Source of the DNA: Candidatus Saccharimonadota bacterium
GTDB lineage: Bacteria; Bacteroidota; Bacteroidia; Cytophagales; Amoebophilaceae
Length of the DNA: 32,000 bases
NCBI RefSeq assembly: GCF_965196625.1
Contig: NZ_OZ239769.1
Span: 270,001-302,000, forward strand
Reading direction: 5' to 3'
The notes under the pieces are model-generated. The model did not search any database. It saw only the letters and a list, made by a program, of their open reading frames with translations, and had not been told where the DNA came from. Made by a program: the position numbers and the translations under genes. Numbering within the stretch: position 1 is the first letter of the stretch; every line of letters begins with the position of its first letter. Of the stretch, positions 27,160-32,000 are shown in pieces.

Positions 27160-29010
27160 CTACATTGCCACTAAGTTTTCTTCTATTTTAAGATTATTAA
27201 TAATAAAACTCCGCCGTTCTGGGGTATTTTTGCCCATATAAAAAGCGAGTAAATCTTCTAAGGCGCTATTGGTAGCTGGTGTTACAGGCACCAGCCGCAT
27301 GGCTGCGCCTATGAAATAGGCAAATTCATCAGGAGATATCTCGCCTAGTCCTTTAAAACGGGTAATTTCTGGGTGCGCACCCAGGGACTTTATGGCTTCC
27401 TCTTTTTCTTGTTCGTTATAGCAATAATGGGTGGTTTTTCTATTGCGTACCCTAAAAAGAGGAGTTTCCAATATATAAAGATGGCCACTATAGACTAGTT
27501 CGGGAAAAAATTGTAAAAAATAGGTCAAGATAAGCAACCGGATGTGCATGCCATCTACATCTGCATCTGTAGCAACTACAATTTTATTGTAACGCAATCC
27601 ATCTGGTCCATTGGCAATGTTTAAAGCATGCTGCAATAAATTAAACTCCTCATTTTCATAAACCAGTTTTTTAGATTGTCCAAAGCAGTTTAGTGGCTTT
27701 CCCCGCAATGAAAATACAGCTTGTGTGGCCACATTACGAGATTTGGTAATAGAACCACTGGCAGAATTCCCTTCTGTAATGAAAATGGTACTATCCATGC
27801 GATGGGCATGTTTGGAATTAAAATGGATATGACAGTCTTTTAGTTTTTTATTATGCAGATTGGCTTTTTTGGTTTTTTCATGGGCTAGTTTTTTAATACC
27901 AGCTATTTCTCTGCGCTCACGTTCAGACTGAAGGATGCGTTTTTGTAATAGCTCAGCTATAGATGGATTTTTATGTAAAAAGTTGTCTAATTCACTTTTG
28001 ATAAAAGCAATTATAAAACTGCGGATGGTGGGGCCTTCAGGAGCCATCTGTTGTGAGCCCAGTTTTGTTTTGGTTTGGGATTCAAAAATAGGTTCTTGCA
28101 CCTTAATGGAAAGTGCAGCTATTACCCCCCCCCGGATATCTGCGGCATCAAACTCTTTTTTATAAAAGGAACGTAGGGTTTGTACAATGGCTTCTTTTAA
28201 ACCATTTAAATGGGCGCCTCCTTGAGGGGTAAACTGTCCATTCACAATGGTATAATAGACTTCGGCGGAAAGTGTATGGTGATGGGTGAGTGCTAGTTCA
28301 ATATCCTGTTTTTTTAAATGGATAATCGGATACGTATGGCTTTCAGCTGCTGTTTTAGCTTGCAATAAATCCAAAAGTCCACCCCGAGAATGGTACTTCT
28401 TACCATTTAGGTTAAAAACAAGCCCTGTGTTTAAAAAGGTGTAATGGGCAATCTGTTCTTCTATATATTCGGGTACAAAGGCAAATTGCTGGAAGATAAC
28501 TGCATCTGGTTTGAATATAACATGGGTGCCATTTGGCGCATTGGTGGCCAGGATTTCCGATTCTTCTAACAACACACCAGCAGAAAAAATCGCTGATTTG
28601 CTGAATCCATCTCGAAAAGATTGCACTTTGCAATATTCCGAAAGTGCATTAACGGCTTTTATACCCACTCCATTTAACCCTACAGACTTTTGAAAAGCTT
28701 GGCTGTCATATTTACCGCCTGTATTAATCTTGGCCACACAGTCTACTAATTTGCCTAATGGAATACCCCTCCCAAAGTCGCGCACAGAAACCTGATGGTC
28801 GTCTGTTATTTTTATTTCAATTTTTTTTCCATAGCCCATTACAAATTCATCTACACTATTGTCAATAACCTCTTTGATCAGTATATAGATGCCGTCATCG
28901 GGGAGACTACCGTCCCCCAATTTCCCAATATACATACCCGGACGGAGCCGGAGGTGTTCTTGCCAAGCTAAAGAGCGGATATTCGCTTCTGTATAATTAG
29001 GAATGGTCAT
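27160..29010 (-). CDS. parE: DNA topoisomerase IV subunit B (type IIA topoisomerase B subunit, ParE type)
   Basis: GHKL ATPase and TOPRIM motifs are present: [46 protein letters not shown]. At about 616 aa it is the short Bacteroidota ParE form rather than GyrB. I place the start at the ATG at 29010 ([14 protein letters not shown]...) because the track start at 29046 is a TTG. Confidence 0.9.
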   Translation of the reverse strand: MTIPNYTEANIRSLAWQEHLRLRPGMYIGKLGDGSLPDDGIYILIKEVIDNSVDEFVMGYGKKIEIKITDDHQVSVRDFGRGIPLGKLVDCVAKINTGGKYDSQAFQKSVGLNGVGIKAVNALSEYCKVQSFRDGFSKSAIFSAGVLLEESEILATNAPNGTHVIFKPDAVIFQQFAFVPEYIEEQIAHYTFLNTGLVFNLNGKKYHSRGGLLDLLQAKTAAESHTYPIIHLKKQDIELALTHHHTLSAEVYYTIVNGQFTPQGGAHLNGLKEAIVQTLRSFYKKEFDAADIRGGVIAALSIKVQEPIFESQTKTKLGSQQMAPEGPTIRSFIIAFIKSELDNFLHKNPSIAELLQKRILQSERERREIAGIKKLAHEKTKKANLHNKKLKDCHIHFNSKHAHRMDSTIFITEGNSASGSITKSRNVATQAVFSLRGKPLNCFGQSKKLVYENEEFNLLQHALNIANGPDGLRYNKIVVATDADVDGMHIRLLILTYFLQFFPELVYSGHLYILETPLFRVRNRKTTHYCYNEQEKEEAIKSLGAHPEITRFKGLGEISPDEFAYFIGAAMRLVPVTPATNSALEDLLAFYMGKNTPERRSFIINNLKIEENLVAM

Positions 29011-30124
29011 AGGGCATATCAAATGCAAGATGAGGCACAGTTGCAATCAATCTTTGAGCCACTTCTGTAAAATGGCTAAAGTTTATGGTTTCTGGTGTAT
29101 CCGTTGTTTTATGGTAATTAGGATTCCTAAAATTAGCTGTATCGGTAATCATAAAAGCAGGAAACCCTTCCATCGAAAACGCTCCATGATCAGACCGGTA
29201 AACAAGTCGCAAGCATCCAGGTAAAGCGATACGATGGATAGAAAATGGTTTAGGGCTTGTTTTGTGATAACATGACATCCATTCCTTTTGAAATGATCTT
29301 GACTTTAAGTCGCCAATTATCGTTAGAAAATTCCCTTGATTTCCATAAAGATATTTTAACCATTTCAAATACCAAGGATACATTTGGCTATCCTCTTCAT
29401 TAGAGAAATAACCTATACTTTCAAGCGATATCATACCTATAATAGACTCACCTTTTTCTTTTGCCCGCTTGGCATATTGTACACTGCCCATATTGTTTCC
29501 GAAAGATTTTCCTTGCTGATCTAGACTATAAGGGGACTCTTCATTGGGGAAAGCAACTAATTTTATAGTACGTTTCATTTTTAGCTTATCATTGGACTGC
29601 GTATATAGATGATACATATGCCTGGCTATTTCTATTAAAACAGCAATACCAGAGCCATTGTCGTCTGCGCCTGGACTTCCAAAAACGGTATCATAGTGTG
29701 CGCCAATTACAATAGATTCAGTAGGTGCGCTATTGCTTGTATCCCTATCGTTAGGCAGATCTATACTGTCTGGAATGGCTACTTCTATATTTTGGACTTC
29801 AAAGTTTTTATGGTCATATGTTGCGGTATATGTAGTTATATTTGGCTGGTAGCCAATATCCTTAAGGGTGTTAATAATATATTGAGCAGCTTGACATAGC
29901 TTTGCATAGCATGCTTCGTTCTCTATATTTCGTGGACCAATGGTTTTTGATAAATAGGTTATATGCTGTTTTAGATGCTTGTTTAGTGTCTCATATGGTT
30001 GCATAGGTATGGTTGTTATGGTATTAGTAGTGTGCGCTCTCAAAATAATGCCGCTAGACCCCATTAATAATGTGGCAAAATAAAAAATATACTTGCCATA
30101 CATCTTACTTTTAGATAAAATCAT
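28997..30124 (-). CDS. M28-family zinc aminopeptidase (secreted)
   Basis: Signal-like N-terminus. M28 metal-ligand blocks are present: [20 protein letters not shown]. The track start at 30139 is a TTG, so I used the first ATG, at 30124; the ATG at 30103 is also possible. The 3' end overlaps the parE start by 14 nt. Confidence 0.85.
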   Translation of the reverse strand: MILSKSKMYGKYIFYFATLLMGSSGIILRAHTTNTITTIPMQPYETLNKHLKQHITYLSKTIGPRNIENEACYAKLCQAAQYIINTLKDIGYQPNITTYTATYDHKNFEVQNIEVAIPDSIDLPNDRDTSNSAPTESIVIGAHYDTVFGSPGADDNGSGIAVLIEIARHMYHLYTQSNDKLKMKRTIKLVAFPNEESPYSLDQQGKSFGNNMGSVQYAKRAKEKGESIIGMISLESIGYFSNEEDSQMYPWYLKWLKYLYGNQGNFLTIIGDLKSRSFQKEWMSCYHKTSPKPFSIHRIALPGCLRLVYRSDHGAFSMEGFPAFMITDTANFRNPNYHKTTDTPETINFSHFTEVAQRLIATVPHLAFDMPYDHS

Positions 30125-30258
30125 AAAACTTCTAGCCAATTGAGTGCATAAAATGGATCTTTATATAGCTTATAAGATAAAGATAATATTGTTTTTGCTA
30201 CAACAAATTTATGCTAAATGTGTATGATCCAATTTGATCTATTGCTATATCGATTGAT

Positions 30259-31002
30259 TTGAACGTGATAAAAATTTATAATGACATAGGGGTTTCTAAA
30301 GAGAGCGTACAACATTGTTTATATAGCTGCAAGCTTCATCTCCCTAAAGATTACCGAGTGGGGTATATTTCTGCGCTGGAGATTATAGACGGAAGTGGAC
30401 TTAAAGGCACACGTTTATTGATTCTACCGGGGGGCAGAGACCTCTATTATGTAAAAAGTTTACAAGGTAAAGGCGATCAGCAGATCCAAGATTATCTGTC
30501 AAGTGGAGGCAACTTTCTTGGCATCTGTGCAGGTAGTTATTATAGTGGCACCTATCTAATCTTTGCGCAAGCGACCTCTATTGAAGTAGTAGGCCCTAGA
30601 GGGCTTGGTTTATTTCAAGGTATAGTAAAAGGTCCTGTATTGGCCCCTTATTATTATGGGTCACATAAAGGAGCATCTGCTGCACGGGTTATAACCACCT
30701 ATAGCCAAGAGGAAAAAGATTGTTATCTCTATTATAATGGGGGTGGTTACTTTGTTAATGCAGAAAACGTGGCCGATACAGTAGTTTTAGCTAGGTATAC
30801 CAATAACCCTCTTGCCCAAGCAGCTATCATCCAGTGCCATTATGGGCTTGGAAATGTAGTTTTAAGTGGTATTCATCTGGAGTATGATCCTAACATGATG
30901 CAAGAAGCAGCGCTTAAACAGATTCGGAAGACTTTAAAGGACTATAACGAAGCAAGAATTAAACTGTCCAAATATATATTGGCACTATTATCGATTGCAT
31001 AA
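30259..31002 (+). CDS. BPL_N-domain protein (biotin-protein-ligase N-terminal / class I glutamine-amidotransferase-like fold), stand-alone
   Basis: 247 aa. IKIYNDIGVS...LLILPGGRD...GGNFLGICAGSYY matches the BPL_N pattern with a G-x-C-x-G nucleophile elbow. There is no ligase domain. The track start is a TTG; the GTG at 30265 (giving MIKIYND...) is at least as likely. Confidence 0.75.
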   Translation: MNVIKIYNDIGVSKESVQHCLYSCKLHLPKDYRVGYISALEIIDGSGLKGTRLLILPGGRDLYYVKSLQGKGDQQIQDYLSSGGNFLGICAGSYYSGTYLIFAQATSIEVVGPRGLGLFQGIVKGPVLAPYYYGSHKGASAARVITTYSQEEKDCYLYYNGGGYFVNAENVADTVVLARYTNNPLAQAAIIQCHYGLGNVVLSGIHLEYDPNMMQEAALKQIRKTLKDYNEARIKLSKYILALLSIA

Positions 31003-31032
31003 TGCTTGTTTTTTATCGACTAGGTTATTTTT

Positions 31033-31968
31033 TTATGGAACGGCACCGAAATTCCTCTTTTGATCTTGGAAGAAGATTAAAGCTTCCATTAGATTTTCTT
31101 TTTTGAAATCTGGCCAATATAAGTCTGTAAAGTACAGCTCTGAATAAGCAGATTGCCAGGGTAAAAAATTACTTATGCGTTTTTTTCCACCTGTGCGTAT
31201 CAGTAGGTCAATATCGGGTAACTGGCTTGTATTTAAATATTTTTTATAGATATCTGGCGTAATCTTGGCGCGATAATCATGGGCAAACTTTATAAAATGT
31301 TTAAAACGAGAACGCTCATTAAAACCTTTTTTTAAAAATTCCTTAACAATTTTATCTAAGAATTCATTCACAATAGCCTCGGAAGCAGCTACTGCTTCTG
31401 CTTGCCCTCCGTAGTTAATGGCAACCGTTAAGTGCAACGCCGTGTTGTCCTTTGTAAGTGCTATCACCTCTTTCAATTTATCCCAGCAAAAACTAGGTAT
31501 CCCTTCTTTATCCCCAACTACACGAAATTTAATGTTATGCTCAGTAAAAAGGTGGATATTCTCAGAAAGGCTTTCAGCTATCACGCTAAAAATAGTTTTT
31601 ACTTCTTGCTCTGGTCGGCTCCAGTTTTCAGTGGAAAAAGCATAGAGGGTTAAATGGGAAATGCCTTGCTCTAAACATCCAGTTATTGCTTCATTTACAG
31701 CTTTTTTTGCACTTTTATGTCCATAAGATCGGTCGCCTTTTGCTTTTTTGCCCCATCTTCCGTTGCCATCCATAATAATGGCAATATGTTTTGGTTTTTT
31801 TTGCAAGCTAGGCGATTTGTTTAGCTCATATGTATTGGAAAAAGAGGTATGGCTGGACAATAGCATCAATAGCAATAGGCCAATTGTAAAGAGCTTCTTA
31901 TAGACAATCGCTGCAATAAAGGAGCGTGTGTGTTTTTTGTCTGTCATTATGGAAAACGGGTTATGCAT
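31033..31968 (-). CDS. uppS: Di-trans,poly-cis-undecaprenyl-diphosphate synthase (isoprenyl transferase)
   Basis: Carries the cis-prenyltransferase motifs HIAIIMDGNGRWGKK, LTLYAFSTENWSRP and IRTGG..RISNFLPWQSAYSELYF. The ORF is 311 aa, about 60 aa longer at the N-terminus than usual; internal ATGs at 31947 and 31866 are alternative starts. Confidence 0.9.
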   Translation of the reverse strand: MHNPFSIMTDKKHTRSFIAAIVYKKLFTIGLLLLMLLSSHTSFSNTYELNKSPSLQKKPKHIAIIMDGNGRWGKKAKGDRSYGHKSAKKAVNEAITGCLEQGISHLTLYAFSTENWSRPEQEVKTIFSVIAESLSENIHLFTEHNIKFRVVGDKEGIPSFCWDKLKEVIALTKDNTALHLTVAINYGGQAEAVAASEAIVNEFLDKIVKEFLKKGFNERSRFKHFIKFAHDYRAKITPDIYKKYLNTSQLPDIDLLIRTGGKKRISNFLPWQSAYSELYFTDLYWPDFKKENLMEALIFFQDQKRNFGAVP

Positions 31969-32000
31969 CTGGTATAAATACTTTTTTATCTTACAACCAC

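Noticed and set aside
27041-27241. 66-aa plus-strand ORF spanning the parE-to-SSF2 spacer
   Set aside because: It overlaps the parE 3' end on the opposite strand. It also covers the promoter-like block conserved with paralogue 1, so it is more likely regulatory DNA than coding.
29011-29046. N-terminal extension [12 protein letters not shown] on parE from the track start
   Set aside because: It starts at a TTG and adds a hydrophobic dodecapeptide not seen in type IIA topoisomerase B subunits. The ATG at 29010 gives the canonical N-terminus.
27935-29899. ORFs 27935-28165, 28412-28633, 28511-28693, 29003-29224, 29696-29899
   Set aside because: They lie inside parE or the M28 peptidase gene, in the wrong frame or on the wrong strand.
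31418-31653. Two plus-strand ORFs of 73-75 aa
   Set aside because: They are antisense within uppS.
1-32000. Looked for CRISPR arrays, rRNA, tmRNA/RNase P/SRP RNA signatures, riboswitch cores, prophage or known defence-system gene sets
   Set aside because: I found no regularly spaced direct repeats and no conserved ncRNA core motifs (e.g. GAGGAAAGTCC). No ORF has nuclease/ATPase/methylase architectures typical of defence islands. All large ORFs are accounted for by housekeeping families or the orphans listed.

Overview
This is an AT-rich, gene-dense bacterial chromosome segment. The gene content looks like Bacteroidota: FabV enoyl reductase, a short ParE-type topoisomerase IV B subunit, an M23 peptidase next to a bactofilin, a BPL_N protein, lipoproteins with ...S-C lipoboxes, and a TAnnTTTG-type promoter box. 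A decayed IS fragment, long non-coding gaps and proteins with eukaryote-like motifs suggest a host-associated, possibly intracellular lineage of the Amoebophilus/Cardinium type. That placement is inference only. I count about 28 protein-coding regions, mostly housekeeping: leuS, typA, radC, rpsT, recJ, pdhA, a beta-carbonic anhydrase, trpS, a CDP-alcohol phosphatidyltransferase, fabV, ruvC, parE and uppS. There are 3 tRNA genes, Leu-GAG, Val-GAC and Arg-CCU, which I folded by hand. I found no rRNA, no CRISPR array, no intact transposase, and no defence, toxin or secretion system that I recognise. The non-routine content falls in three places. (1) At 20.9-27.0 kb, two diverged same-strand paralogues of a sodium:solute symporter bracket a roughly 3 kb segment. 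That segment holds two orphan lipoprotein-like genes (one with a eukaryote-style C2H2 zinc-finger motif, one with ankyrin-like repeats), ruvC, a perfect 30-bp-arm palindromic element and tRNA-Arg. (2) At 3.96-5.22 kb, a 1.26 kb non-coding scar holds a start-less IS1634/IS4-type (DUF4277) transposase N-terminal fragment, a strong hairpin and short dispersed repeats that recur elsewhere in the window. (3) Smaller oddities include a small lipoprotein gene whose signal peptide appears frameshifted and a tight M23-bactofilin-fabV operon. I cannot show that any of this is a new biological system. The symporter-bracketed segment is the best candidate for follow-up.
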